From Octopus vulgaris (lineage: Eukaryota), in contig OX597817.1 in NCBI GenBank assembly GCA_951406725.2, forward strand, positions 164,858,001-164,922,000: a stretch of 64,000 nt of DNA, given 5' to 3'. Positions within the stretch are counted from its first letter, which is position 1. The number at the start of each line of letters is the position of its first letter. Below the pieces are notes generated by a model that was given only the letters and a program-made list of their open reading frames with translations, was not told the origin of the DNA and ran no database searches. The position numbers and the translations under genes were made by a program. Shown here piece after piece: positions 26,100-38,330 of the stretch.

Positions 26100-26697
26100 A
26101 CCTATTTCTTTACTACCCACAAGGGACTAAACACAGAGAGGACAAACAAGGACAGACAAACGGATTAAGTCGATTACATCGACCCCTGTGCGTAAATGAT
26201 ACATATTTAATCGACCCCGAAAGGATGAAAGGCAAAGTCGACCTCGGCGGAATTTGAACTCAGAACGTAACAGCAGACGAAATGTTTATTTCATTACTAC
26301 CCACAAGGGGCTAAACACAGAGAGGACAAACAAGGACAGACAAACGGATTAAGTCGATTATATCGACCGCAACGACCAACTGGTACTTATTTAATCAACC
26401 CCGAAAGGACGAAAGGCAAAGTCGACCTCGGCGGAATTTGAACTCAGAACGTAGCGGCAGATGAAATACCTATTTCTTTACTACCCACAAGGGGCTAAAC
26501 ACAGAGGAGACAAACAAGGATAGACAAACGGATTAAGTCGATTACATCGACCCCAGTGCGTAACTGGTACTTAATTTATCGACCCCGAGAGGATGAAAGG
26601 CAAAGTCGATCTCGGCGGAGTTTGAACTCAGAACGTAACGGCAGACGAAATACCGCTAAGCATTTCGCCCGGCGTGCTAACGTTTCTGCCAGCTCAT
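26100..26697 (-). mobile_element. SINE family A, three head-to-tail units
   Basis: Full head only in the rightmost unit; two further ~185-bp units begin at the internal tttcgtctgc. Confidence 0.9.
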
Positions 26698-26920
26698 CAA
26701 CCAAAACAACGTTGCAGACTCAGTGTAACTAAACAACGCTGCAGACTCAGTGTAACTAAACAACGCTAATACTTATGAGTGTCAAACAGTGCAGTAGGGA
26801 ATACATCTTTAGAGTATACACTTCTTCCATATAATGGCCATTTTGCCCTACGCGATAAAAGTGAACATTCGTATTACATCCTTAAAAATCTCATCAATAA
26901 ATATTGCTGTCGAACATATA

Positions 26921-27440
26921 CCGTAAATTCTCGAGTATAATCCGCATTTTTTCCCAAAATTTAAAGGTCAAAATTCCTAGTGCGTACTATATACGAGGTT
27001 AAAAAGGAAAAATATTTTCTAAGCAACGTCCAAGTCTCTATTTTCTGTCCGGCAATGTTTATTCAGATGCATTTTGTGATGTCGGGCACGAAAATACCTT
27101 AAGCTAAGCCAGAAAGCAATGAAATCATAAAAAAATCATCCATAACTTGCAGTAAGCAACATTTATTAAACGTTATTACTGTTATTACTGTCATTTCTTT
27201 ATTTTCTGCAAACAAAATGCATAAAAATGCTACACGTTTGCATTATGTTATATATACAATAATAATAAAGGACGTTACCGTATACAGTTTTACAAACCAA
27301 AGATGTTATATAGACCTCCTTGACTCAAGTTAGAGAAGGGGTGCGTATTATACACAAGGTTTAGGTTTTTCAGAGGTACAGCTTCCTAAAAGTCCCCTGC
27401 GTATTATACTCAAGGGCAGACTATACTCGAAGATTTACGG
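26921..27440. mobile_element. pogo/Tc2-type MITE, copy 2 (inverted relative to copy 1)
   Basis: Reverse complement of 25011-25525; TA-CCGTAAA...TTTACGG-TA. Confidence 0.87.
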
Positions 27441-27730
27441 TATGTTATTTACAACTACTATGAAGCCAATGAAAGAAACATTATATGACAGCTCTACGCG
27501 GTAGAAACAGCAGCCAAATCTCTGTCTAACCACATACTGCCACTTTAAGACACATTGAATGATGTAGTCTAAGGCTACACTATTACCGATAATTAAATAT
27601 ATAGACACAAAAAAACCCTCATGACCCCAACATCTCTTATCATTGCTCAATGAGAATGGATTTCGATTACAATAACAACGGACAAAGGCATCATCATTAT
27701 CAACAATAACTTCAACAACAACAGCAGCAA

Positions 27731-27803
<73 letters not shown>

Positions 27804-28068
27804 AATCGTGCGTATGTACAAAGTTAAGAAGTCTGATAAAGGATCTGATTTAAACACAGAAATGATGTTTCCCTCCAAGAGCTTATTCGGCGCCTGTGAC
27901 AAATCCACGTTTGTATGCTATTATAAACTCAATAGAAACACACTAACCCATATAATTAGCATTTGACGGACTACAGTTCTATAAAAAAGAAATCTGATAA
28001 TATGTTGCAGGAATGTTCGTGTCGGAAATTAACAGCATTGTATGATGGACTCGGCTTACTGTGAGTCG

Positions 28069-28365
28069 TGGAGGCACATGGCCTAGTGGTTAGAGCAGTG
28101 GACTCGCTGCCGAGGGATCGCAGGTTCAAATCTCAGACCGGGCGATGTGTGTGTTTATGAGCGAAACACCTAAGCTCCACGCAGCTCAGGCAGAAGGTAA
28201 TGGAGGACTTCTGTTGACTCTTTCACCACAACGTTCTCTCGCCCTTTCCTCCTGCATCTTGCAGCTCACCTGCGGTGGACTGGCGTCCCGTCCAGGTGGG
28301 GAACCTATACGCCAAGCAAACCTGGAAACCGGCCCTTATGAGCCAGACGTGGCTCTTATTCAGGT
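28069..28365 (+). mobile_element. tRNA-derived SINE family C
   Basis: A box tggcctagtggttag, B box ggttcaaatc; tail cctatacgcca...gaaaccggccctt shared with ~29680-29715. Confidence 0.8.
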
Positions 28366-28379
28366 TAGTAAAGTGGGGT

Positions 28380-28705
28380 AACGACTCCCTTAGGCTATGA
28401 ATGACAACGGCATTGTACCTAAAAAGTTCCCTTTCGAGGCACAAGTCAGGGTAAGTTGTTTGTGGAAGACCAGCAGTCGCCCATAAATACCAGCCTCCCC
28501 TCTCCACTCCACCAACGTTGTCCGAGGGAAAGGTCAAGGCCGATACAGTTGTGACGTCACAACTAATTTCTACAGCTGACTGAACTGGAGCATCGGGAAA
28601 TAAAGTATCATACAGTCATACACAACATACAGTCCGGTCCGGGAATCGAACTTCCAATCTCTCGAATGTAAGCTCGACACCTTAACCACTGAGCTATGTG
28701 CATTC
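28380..28705 (-). mobile_element. tRNA-derived SINE family D
   Basis: Minus-strand head gcacatagctcagtggttaagg...gttcgattcccggaccgg; body homologous to 54055-54327. Confidence 0.78.
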
Positions 28706-29517
28706 GAGAGGAAAACGTGTGTCAGGTTAAGTCGTTTAGTGTAGTGGGCAGCTAACTCGCTCTAAGAAAGAGGACGTCGTAGTAGCGGCAGAAAAGGCAG
28801 ATTACTGGGACATTGTATATGTGTAGTAAAAGTTGAACGGGTCTTTATCAGAACAAACAGGTCTAGTATATGTCAAGTAGAGGATATTAACCACTATAAG
28901 GTGGTTGATATACTCTGCTAGCTTGTATGCTTCAATGACTTCGCGTACTATGCAAGCTGAGCACAAGCTCCTGGAATGGCCTGCCATGCTGGACAGGTCA
29001 AAAGATACAGGTTAGACAGATTAACATGGTCCACCTCTTTCTAGAGGTAAAAATGGGATTACGTAGAGCCAAGAAACCCTACCTAGATAAAAGTAAGTTA
29101 CAGAAGTATTGTTCGATGACAATAAAAAATTAAAAAAAACGGAAACTTACGACACAGTGCAGCAAAATCTGAAAGAAGCTGCAAGAAAAACAAGGGACCC
29201 AGCTGGAGAGGGGCAGAAAGTTGGTTGGCATCCCTTCTGTCTCGGGAGTTGTAGCCTTGACACTATGACACTCCCTCTGGCAGGTACCGCAAATGTAGCG
29301 TAGACTGTTCCTGGCTGGTTGTAGTGTCATAGTTTCTTGTTGACGTCTCTTCTTTTCTTTCCATTTCTCCTCTCTCTCTCTCTCTCTGTCACTCCTTTGT
29401 ATTCCCTCTTTTACGGTACGTCGCCATTCTCCACGGTTGCCGGCAACTGCCTCCCAGCCGCTAAAGCCCAGTGTATAAAGAAGTGGAGAAGAGTTATTGA
29501 TGGTCTATGCACCTTAC

Positions 29518-29762
29518 AGGCGCGTGGTTTAGTGGTTAGGGAGGTTGGACTTATGATCGTAAGATTGTGGTTTCGACTCCTGGACCGGACGATGCGTTGT
29601 GTTCTTGAGCAAAACAATTCATTTCCCGTTGCTCCTGTCCACTGAGTTTGCATAAACGGTGTCCCGTTCATGTGGAGAACTTATACGCCACGAAACCGGG
29701 AAACCGGCCTTTATGGATCGGCATGACGGCATGACTCGAGAACGTAACTTTATCTTTACCCT
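29518..29762 (+). mobile_element. tRNA-derived SINE (D-type head, C-type tail)
   Basis: aggcgcgtggtttagtggttagg...ggtttcgactcctggaccgg...gttcttgagcaaaac. Confidence 0.78.
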
Positions 29763-29810
29763 TGTACTTCTTGCAGAGCGGAGAGGATGTTTAAGCTCCA
29801 TCCACCAAAC

Positions 29811-30572
29811 CAGGGGTCCCCAAACATTTTTTTTTAATGTATATAAACCCTTTTGATTACTATTTTATTCTGGTAGACCTCCATAGCCATTCGATGTTTA
29901 AAGATTTCACTTACTCTCTACTCTTTTACTCTTTTACTTGTTTCGCCATGATGGAGTACAGCCTTTAGTAGAGCAAATCGACCCCAGGACTTATTCATTG
30001 GAAGCCTAGTACTTATTCCATCGGTGTCTTTTGCCGAACCGCTAAGTTACGGGGACGTAAACACACCACCATCGGTTGTCAAGCGATGTTGGGAGAACAA
30101 ACACAGACACACAAACACAGACACACACACGCACATATATATACACATATATGATCTTCTTTCAGTATCCGTCTACCAAATCCACTCACAAGGCTTTGGT
30201 CGACCCGAAGTTATAGTAGAAGACACTTGCCCAAAGTGCCACGCAGTGGGACTGAACCCGGAACCATGTGGTTGGTTAGCAAGCTACTTACTACACAGCC
30301 ACTCCCTCCTGCACCTATGAAACTTATAGAAACTCCTTTAAAACATCCCGTTTCGTTTTTCACACACTTGCTTGTGTAGGCTGTGTAAGATGTTAGAGAA
30401 AGAAACCTAGCTGTTTCTTGCAATATGTACCAATACATACATCTAAAGCAACATTTTTTCAGAGGCCCTTAAAATGCTATCACGGTTCCTCAATTCACTA
30501 TTTTACACGTGGACCCCGCAAAATCTTATATGGACCATAAGGGGCCATATGGAGCCCGGTTGAGATCCACTG
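29811..30572. mobile_element. hAT (Charlie-like) MITE interrupted by a SINE
   Basis: Imperfect TIRs CAGGGGTCCCCAAAC / GGTTGAGATCCACTG; the 8-bp flanks match only partly (caccaaac vs agctaaac). Confidence 0.6.
29910..30316 (-). mobile_element. SINE family B
   Basis: Near full-length match to the other family B copies. Confidence 0.9.
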
Positions 30573-30944
30573 AGCTAAACTTTGTAGCGATTTAGTTGCG
30601 AAAAATAGTGTCATAGCCTGATAAAAGTGGACGATCGTATTACAATCATTAAAACCTCATAAACAGATATTGCCGTTAAACGTATATACTGTATACAAAT
30701 ATACAACAAGGATAAAGCTAAAGAAACAACTATGTCGTGACTCGATGTGGTAGAAATAACAGCCGAATCTCTCTGTCAAACAACACCCTGTTGCCTTAAG
30801 ATATATCAGAAAATGCAGTTCAAGGCTACAATATTCCTAATAAACAAAATAATCAAATAAATAAACATGGAAAATACTTATGACCTCAATGTTCCTTATC
30901 ATTGCTCAATAAGGGATGAATTTCGATTTACAACAACTAAAAAA

Positions 30945-30989
30945 ACATCATCTACATTATTATTATCATTATCAACATCAACAACAGCA

Positions 30990-31042
<53 letters not shown>

Positions 31043-31310
31043 CACAGCCACCACCACCACCACCACCACCACCACTACCACCACTACTATTACTACAACT
31101 ACCACCACCGCCACCACTACTAATACTGTTATTACTACTACTACCACCACCACCACCACCACCACCACCACCAATACTTCTACTACTTCTACTACTACCA
31201 CCACAACCACCATCACCACCACCATCACCTCCTCCACCACCACCACCACCACAACCACCACTACTACTACTTCTACTTCTACTACCACCACCACCACCAC
31301 CACCACCACC

Positions 31311-31357
<47 letters not shown>

Positions 31358-31513
31358 ACCACTTATACTTATAGTACTACTACTACTACCGCCACTACTA
31401 CCACCACCACCACTACTACCACCACCACCAACAACACTACCACAACCACCATCACCACTTATAGTACTACTACTACTACCGCCGCCACCACCACCACCAC
31501 CACCACCACCACC

Positions 31514-31561
<48 letters not shown>

Positions 31562-31563
31562 GC
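30945..31563. repeat. Compound (CTA)n/(CCA)n trinucleotide tract
   Basis: Direct observation. Confidence 0.97.
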
Positions 31564-31739
31564 TATCGCGCGTATGTGCAAGTGGATATATATAGAATTA
31601 GTAGATTTATGGAACAGAGTATAGTGCTTCATCCATTACCATCCGTTGCTGGTTTTTTTGTAAGAATTCTTGTGATGTGAAGAAATAACGGGCAAACATG
31701 CACCGGTACGAGCATAGGAACTTATATGCGGACACAAAT

Positions 31740-31921
31740 AATACACACACGCATACACACACACGCATACACAGGCACACACACACACATCCATGCACAT
31801 ATACATGCACACGTATACATACACACAAATACACGCATACATTTATGTACCTGAATATATTCTGTGTAATACATTCTAAATCTGCATAACCTCCTTCCGA
31901 GGGCCATCTCTTTCCCACCTT

Positions 31922-31987
<66 letters not shown>

Positions 31988-32153
31988 CACACATACACGC
32001 ATATACACACATACATATGCGCGCGCATACGTACATTGATGCATACATAATTACATGCACACATACTTGCATTTATATATACATACATGCATATATACTT
32101 GTATATATATATATATATATACATACATTTATATATATATATATAAATGTATA

Positions 32154-32216
<63 letters not shown>

Positions 32217-32280
32217 ATATGTATATGTATATGCATATATGTATCTATGTATGCATGTATATATGTATGTATATACGTAC
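31740..32280. repeat. (CA)n/(TA)n/(TATG)n microsatellite cluster
   Basis: Direct observation. Confidence 0.95.
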
Positions 32281-32497
32281 AGGCACAAGCGTAGAAACCC
32301 AGCTTCACTCTGCTTAGCTCGCAGGAAAAGAATGAGAAAGATAAGCTCCCAAGACAGGAACATTTAACCATGGTGTCTGCTACAGCTGTGTGGCCTTTCA
32401 TGACCCATCTACATCGTTCTGTTAGACTAGATAACATTGATGTACTTGGCTATGGATGTAGTGAATATATCATTGGGCATATACATACATACATACA

Positions 32498-32531
<34 letters not shown>

Positions 32532-32543
32532 CACACACATACA

Positions 32544-33459
32544 TCTATATATATAAAACTCAACTTGTGTGTCTGTGTGTGTATCTGTGTGTGTGTCTGT
32601 GTGTTTAACTTCCCGGCACATCTCCTCCTAGCCAACAAATCGTAGAACCACCAAAAATGGGTCACTTGAAGTTTAGGCGAATGAAAATTGAACTGCGCTA
32701 TTTCTGTTCCGAAATTCATCTCGTAAGTGCAAAAATCGATAATGTGTTTGTTCAGGCCTTATCCCATGCATTGAATAGTGAACTTTACTCAGTCAGCTGT
32801 TTGATGTGAACTGTGTTCACCACGCGTGCAAGCATGCGTAAATTGCATGAAAAATAAAAAATCAAGATATAAAAACGAATCGCCGTAAACATTGTAGAAA
32901 TTCGGCAAAGAAATGAATTTTCGGGATGTAGCCTGGAGGTTTTTTTCGTATTAATCGTTTGGACTTTGTGAACACATAGCAATTGTTTTCATAACATTTT
33001 TAACGCTTTGAATTAAATGTGACCATTCTGCGTTGAGTCAGCAGTTTGAATCACTTTAACCAAATTTTAGCAGGCCGGATTTTTGATCATCACGATACAT
33101 CGCCAGCGACTCCCAGAAATTCTCCCCAGAAATCCCAGTTGAGAAATACTGATCTAAAAGAATAATTCAACAATGCAATTATTTGATCAACAAAAATCTA
33201 TGAAACGCTTCTATGTACTTCCTATTGAGGAAATGGAACACATAAGCGCAAAAATAGAGGGCATTAAATGCTTGATTTTAAAACCAAAATAATTGAGTTT
33301 TGATTGAACTTCATCCAAGTTTAGCTTAATTCGCGCGTACATAGAACGCACGAGCGCACGTACGTACATTGTGTAAGAAAGTATTGATTTTTCACTCGCA
33401 GATTAATCGATTTTCCTCAGTGCGATTAATAGTCACACAAAGCCGGGCAATACTGCTAG
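32544..33459 (+). mobile_element. Non-autonomous Helitron (longer variant)
   Basis: a|TCTATATATATAAAA start and gccgggcaatactgCTAG|t end shared with the other copies; different interior. Confidence 0.7.
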
Positions 33460-33462
33460 TTA

Positions 33463-33539
<77 letters not shown>

Positions 33540-34499
33540 TATGCATAAATATATATAAGTATATATTCATATACTCCCCCTCCTACACACACATAGGAAA
33601 GATACTATACTTAAAAATAAGTACCAGAGATAAGAATTTCAACGAAACCCTTCAACGCGGTGCTCCAGTATGGCCGCAGTCCATTCCAGGGATTAAATGA
33701 CGAAATGGTTGAAGGAAAACAGCGGTGACGCTGGTTGTGGAAATCACTTTTCGTCTCATACACTCATTAGCACTTAATCTATCTGCAAATTAAATTTGAA
33801 GCAAATCAGATATTAAATGCTAAAGTTATTGAGCAAATAAAAAGTCGCAATCAAATTGAAAAAATCGTTATTATGCAGCTTTTTGTCCTCCCCTTACAGC
33901 CTAAGTAAAATATTCTTCCTTAATAGTCATTCTCGTAACGAGAAATGCAAAAGTTATTGCAAAACGTGGCCGCTGATTTGTAATTATCGATGTTTTCAAG
34001 AATCTGAGCATGCGATGAGGTTTCTAGGCATGAGTTATACTCACGTGCCAAGTTTCATCAATATCAATAAAACGATTTAGGTGGAGTTAGCTAACAATTC
34101 CGCAAAAACACTCTCACTCTCACGGGCAGAATTTCCCACATACCCGATCACGCAGTTAAACCATTGGGAGTGAAGGACTCCTAGCCTTTGTTAGGGCATC
34201 CTTCTAGGAAGGTGACTCAGGTAACTGGGATAACTCCAACATAAAACCTGCGGCTCAGTGGTTGACTTGTTCTTTTCGGATTATGGCTGCTGTTGCTTAG
34301 TGTGTGGGATTGACTCAGTGCACAGCCTTTCCTCACAAATTCTTCTTGCACAGGAATTGCACGATAACAACATTGTTCCTGATTGTTGATGGTGCTGTGA
34401 GTCTCAACTGAATGGCTGGTTGTAGCCTTAAAAAGCAAATAAAAGTTACATTCGATCACAGCACCAATAACAGGGGGCAGCCATCATATATATGATAGA

Positions 34500-34693
34500 T
34501 CGTTAGCTCCAACACGCATTTTTTTCTCTCCTTGTTTCTCTCCTTTTTTTTCTGTGTATCTTTCTGTCGAAGAGCGTAGGCTCAAAACGTAAAAGACTTT
34601 TTCTATTTCTATTCCTGAGCGCTATGCTTATACATTTGTTTGTTTGTACTCCACCTGCCTTCGTCTTTTGTTTATTTTCGTAAACTTTCCCTT
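34500..34693 (+). mobile_element. Penelope-like pLTR fragment with a degenerate hammerhead (34559-34596)
   Basis: Homologous to 39020-39232; TCTTT CTGTCGA A GAGC GTAG GCTC AAAA CGT A AAAGA (G12 mutated). Confidence 0.65.
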
Positions 34694-34769
34694 TATATAT
34701 ATATATATTTTTTTTTTTTTGTACTTGTTTCAGTCATTTTGACTGTGGCCATGCTGGAGCACCGCCTTT

Positions 34770-34847
<78 letters not shown>

Positions 34848-34849
<2 letters not shown>

Positions 34850-36078
34850 GGGTCAGGCAAAATGATCTGACACATTTGTGGGTTAAATAAAAGGCATTGT
34901 TTTTCGTTTCTTTTTCAGTTGCTGCCATGAATTGGACTGGTGAGCATCGCGCTTTCATTGTGCAAACGTTTATCATAACAAACGATTCTGTAACTGCAAC
35001 ACAAAGAGCGTTCCGTTTGCACTTCAATCTTGGTAGACATGATCCCGTACCAGCTCGAAACACGATCTTGTTATGGGTTACCAATTTCAGAGCTACTGGA
35101 TCTGCATTGAAACGAAAATCAACCGGCCGACCTCGCACCGCCAGAACTCCAGAAAATGTGGCAGCGGTAAGAGCTTCAGTTCAACAGTCTCCACGCCGTT
35201 CCACATTTAAACGCGCCCAGGCTCTTAGACTTTCCGAAAGAAGTTTGCGAAGAATTCTTCACAATGATCTTCAAATGCATCCATACAAAACGATGTTGGC
35301 ACAAGAACTCAGCGAAAGAGACACTGAAACTCGCAGAGCATTGTGTTTGGAAATTCAACAACATGTCCCCCATGCAGCAGTTGTGTTGTTCAGTGACGAG
35401 GCACATTTTCACCTGTGTGGCACAGTGAATAAGCAAAACTTCAGATACTGGGCCGAGAACAACCCTCGTGAGTTGCATGAACGCCCTTTGCATTGTCCTC
35501 GGGTGTGCTGTGGCAGAATTCGGTATATGGGGTCCGTACTTCTTCGAAGAAGACAATGTTACAGTGACTGTGAACTCTGATCGATATTGTGAGATGCTAG
35601 AGACTTTCTCAGACCAAAATTAAATATGCTCCACGATATGGACAATGTTTGGTTTCAACAGGATGGGGCAACAGCCCACACTTCTCGACGTGCGATGGGG
35701 ATTTTGAGGAATATGTTCCCTGGTCATTTGATCTCATTGCGTGGTGACATCGGTTGGCCCGCCCGTTCACCTGATTTAAATCCGTGCGATTTTTTTCTCT
35801 GGGGATACCTCAAGTCAAAGGTATACATTAATCGCCCTCGATCTATTGAACAATTTAAAGATGCAATTCGTCAAGAAATTACTGCCATTCCACATGAAAT
35901 GACCTTCGACAGTGTGTGGACAATAATGGATCCCATTTGACTGATTTAATTATTAAAACATAATGAAACAAAATGGCATTATATGTACTTTTCAAAAATA
36001 AAAACATGTTTTTGTTTCTTTACTTCATTTGCCTTTTATTTAACCTACAAATGTGTCAGATCATTTTGCCTGACCCTG
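34848..36078 (+). mobile_element. Tc1/mariner DNA transposon, DD41D (rosa/Visitor) family, both ends intact
   Basis: ~50-bp near-perfect TIRs CAGGGTCAGGCAAAATGATCTGACACATTTGT..., TA TSD, internal transposase. Confidence 0.93.
34927..35940 (+). pseudogene. DD41D transposase, frameshifted
   Basis: MNWTGEHRAFIV N-terminus; FSDEAHF; IWGPYFF in a shifted frame; FQQDGATAH then 41 residues to the D of SPDLNPCDFFLWG; frameshifts near 35505 and 35605. Confidence 0.9.
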
Positions 36079-36080
36079 TA

Positions 36081-36573
36081 TATAATTATATACATAACTA
36101 TAACAAGGGCTTGGCTTTTGCCTCACCACGCACTGAAAAATAGTCGTAATAAGGTGTAATATTTACACCTTATTCAAAACTGTACTAACTGCAGACTTGA
36201 TCTTTAACACACTGCACGTGGCTGTAAAAGAAGGATAGGAATTCTACTTCTCAGCATATCTCTGCGCATCTCGACAGATATAAGCTAAGCGAAGACGCAG
36301 GTCGCTTACATATTCGTGGTCACTTGTATATTTATGCCCGGAATACCGACGCTGATGAAGGCAATAGGTAATGTTTTTATTACTTTAAGCCCGAAACACG
36401 ATCATGTACGCGGTTAAACTAAGTTTTAATTAATTTTCTTTCTTCTGCTAGCCTAATATGTAGTGTGTTTTTCTCAGAGAATTTATGGTGATAATAGGGT
36501 CCTTTGACGTCTATTTTTCAGTGCGTGGTGAGGCACAAGCCAAGCCCTTGTTATAATTATGTATATAATTATA
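36081..36573. mobile_element. Inverted-repeat element with an internal hammerhead motif (Penelope-like)
   Basis: ~65-bp arms (tataacaagggcttggctt...cactgaaaaatag and its reverse complement) enclosing CTGATGA...GAAA. Confidence 0.7.
36345..36414 (+). ncRNA. Putative type-I hammerhead ribozyme
   Basis: Stem I accgacg/cgcggt (one bulge), CTGATGA, stem II a-ggc...gcc-c with inner gtaat/attac, GAAA, stem III aca/tgt, cleavage triplet GUA. Confidence 0.6.
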
Positions 36574-36651
36574 AAATGTTTATAAAATTTACCTATGAGG
36601 TTTTATTTCCGCGCTGACCACTTGGTAAAAATCATTAATGATTTTTTACCC

Positions 36652-36695
<44 letters not shown>

Positions 36696-36744
36696 ACACA
36701 CACACATATATATATATGTATGTGTGTGTGTGTGTGTGTGTGTG

Positions 36745-36788
<44 letters not shown>

Positions 36789-36950
36789 CATGTGTGGTTC
36801 TGTTCCAGCATGACCGCAGTTTTCGAGCTGAAACTAGTTAAAGAGTAATATATATATATATAAATTAAATTAGAGATAAAACCACTATTAGGCAACTCAA
36901 ACAGTGATAGACATAAACCAAAACAAAAAACAAAAAATGAATAGAATTAA

Positions 36951-37247
36951 TCTTTATATATAAAAGTGAAGTTGTGTGTCTGTCTCCTACGATTTAGATT
37001 CCTAACTACTCCCACATTTTGCGGTGCAGTGTAACCAAAAGCGGGTATCTTATAGTCGTGATTCATATCGAGCCCTTCTGGGTATTAGTGCGCGTCTACG
37101 ATGAGTCTACGATTTAAAAAAAAATTTACCATCATTTTTTCCATTTTAATGCATTTTTTTGCTATCATATAAGGGAAGTAACTCTCTAAAAATGCTTATA
37201 TAGTTATTTCCCTTACAAACCCGAGGAACGCCGGGCGATACTGCTAG
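36951..37247 (+). mobile_element. Non-autonomous Helitron
   Basis: a|TC...cccgaggaacgccgggcgatactgCTAG|t. Confidence 0.82.
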
Positions 37248-37542
37248 TATAATATATAATATATATATAAAATATAAAATTTAAAATTTTTACTTATTAT
37301 ATTATATTTAACTTTTTTATACTTTTTGATTACTTATAAAAAAAAATTAAAAGTTAAAAAATTTAAAAATAAAAAAATTAAAAATATAAATTAAAAAATT
37401 TTAAATTTTAATAATTTATATTTTAAATTTTATATTTTATATATATATTATATATTATATTAATTATATTTATTTGTTGATTTTTATGTTTTGGTTTATG
37501 TCTATCACTGTTTGAGTTGCCTAATAGTGGTTTTATCTCTAA

Positions 37543-38071
37543 CTAGCAGCATAGCCCGGCGTTGCCCGGCTATGTAAGAGCCCCTAGTAGGCAACGACTA
37601 ATCCCAATCTAGTCCTTTCCCTCTAATTTCCTTCCAATTTGTGAAAGATATTGTCGAAAATATGTCATCTTGAATTTAAACGCGATTTTCCAAAATGGCA
37701 TGATTTTATCGATTTTTTCTGATGGTAAGGTATTGCATGGAAAACTAACGTCAGAATTAAGTTTCTTAGGGTAACATTAAGCTTCACCATGAGTTTGGTG
37801 AAAATCGATTGCAAATTGCGAAAACTACAACAGAAAATGTGTTGCATATAAAAAGCTTAAATTCTCGACCCTATGTCGAATTTATCGATTATTTTCAGAA
37901 CTGGGGGAAACTTTTCAAAATTTTCGCTGCGTTAGTTTTGAATTATGACATTGGGCTATGTGTGTGTCAAGTTTCATCAGAATCGGTTGAAAGCTGTGGT
38001 CAGGGTGAGGGTACAACCTGAAAGACACACAGACACACAGACAGACAAACTGCCGTTTATATAGAGAGAGA
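37543..38071 (-). mobile_element. Non-autonomous Helitron
   Basis: Minus-strand TC...gccgggcaacgccgggc hairpin...CTAG; removing it restores the host arm ttttatctctaa|tttaatttata with no TSD. Confidence 0.87.
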
Positions 38072-38152
38072 TTTAATTTATATTTATAATTATACTGTGA
38101 AATTTGATTTAATCCTAATCTAATTTTTCCCTGTAAGTTTGGATATACTCCC

Positions 38153-38210
<58 letters not shown>

Positions 38211-38220
38211 TATATCTATA

Positions 38221-38309
<89 letters not shown>

Positions 38310-38330
38310 AAACATATATATATGTATATG

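Larger units (their letters stand above)
36856..38150. mobile_element. AT-rich inverted-repeat element (family also at ~40090, 60190, 63038) disrupted by two Helitrons
   Basis: Arm tagagataaaaccactattaggcaactc... at 36870-36940 inverted at 37470-37542; continues at 38072-38150. Confidence 0.7.

Noticed and set aside
28069-28145. tRNA genes at SINE heads (also 28630-28705 and 29518-29590)
   Set aside because: A and B boxes are present but continue into SINE bodies, and no convincing acceptor stem was found
30867-31595. Mucin-like Thr/Pro-rich 242-aa ORF
   Set aside because: Trinucleotide expansion; the paralogous segment at 27480-27820 lacks an equivalent ORF
34165-34490. Possible RTE 5' UTR with an HDV-like ribozyme
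   Set aside because: Only a vague resemblance; I could not build the nested double pseudoknot by eye
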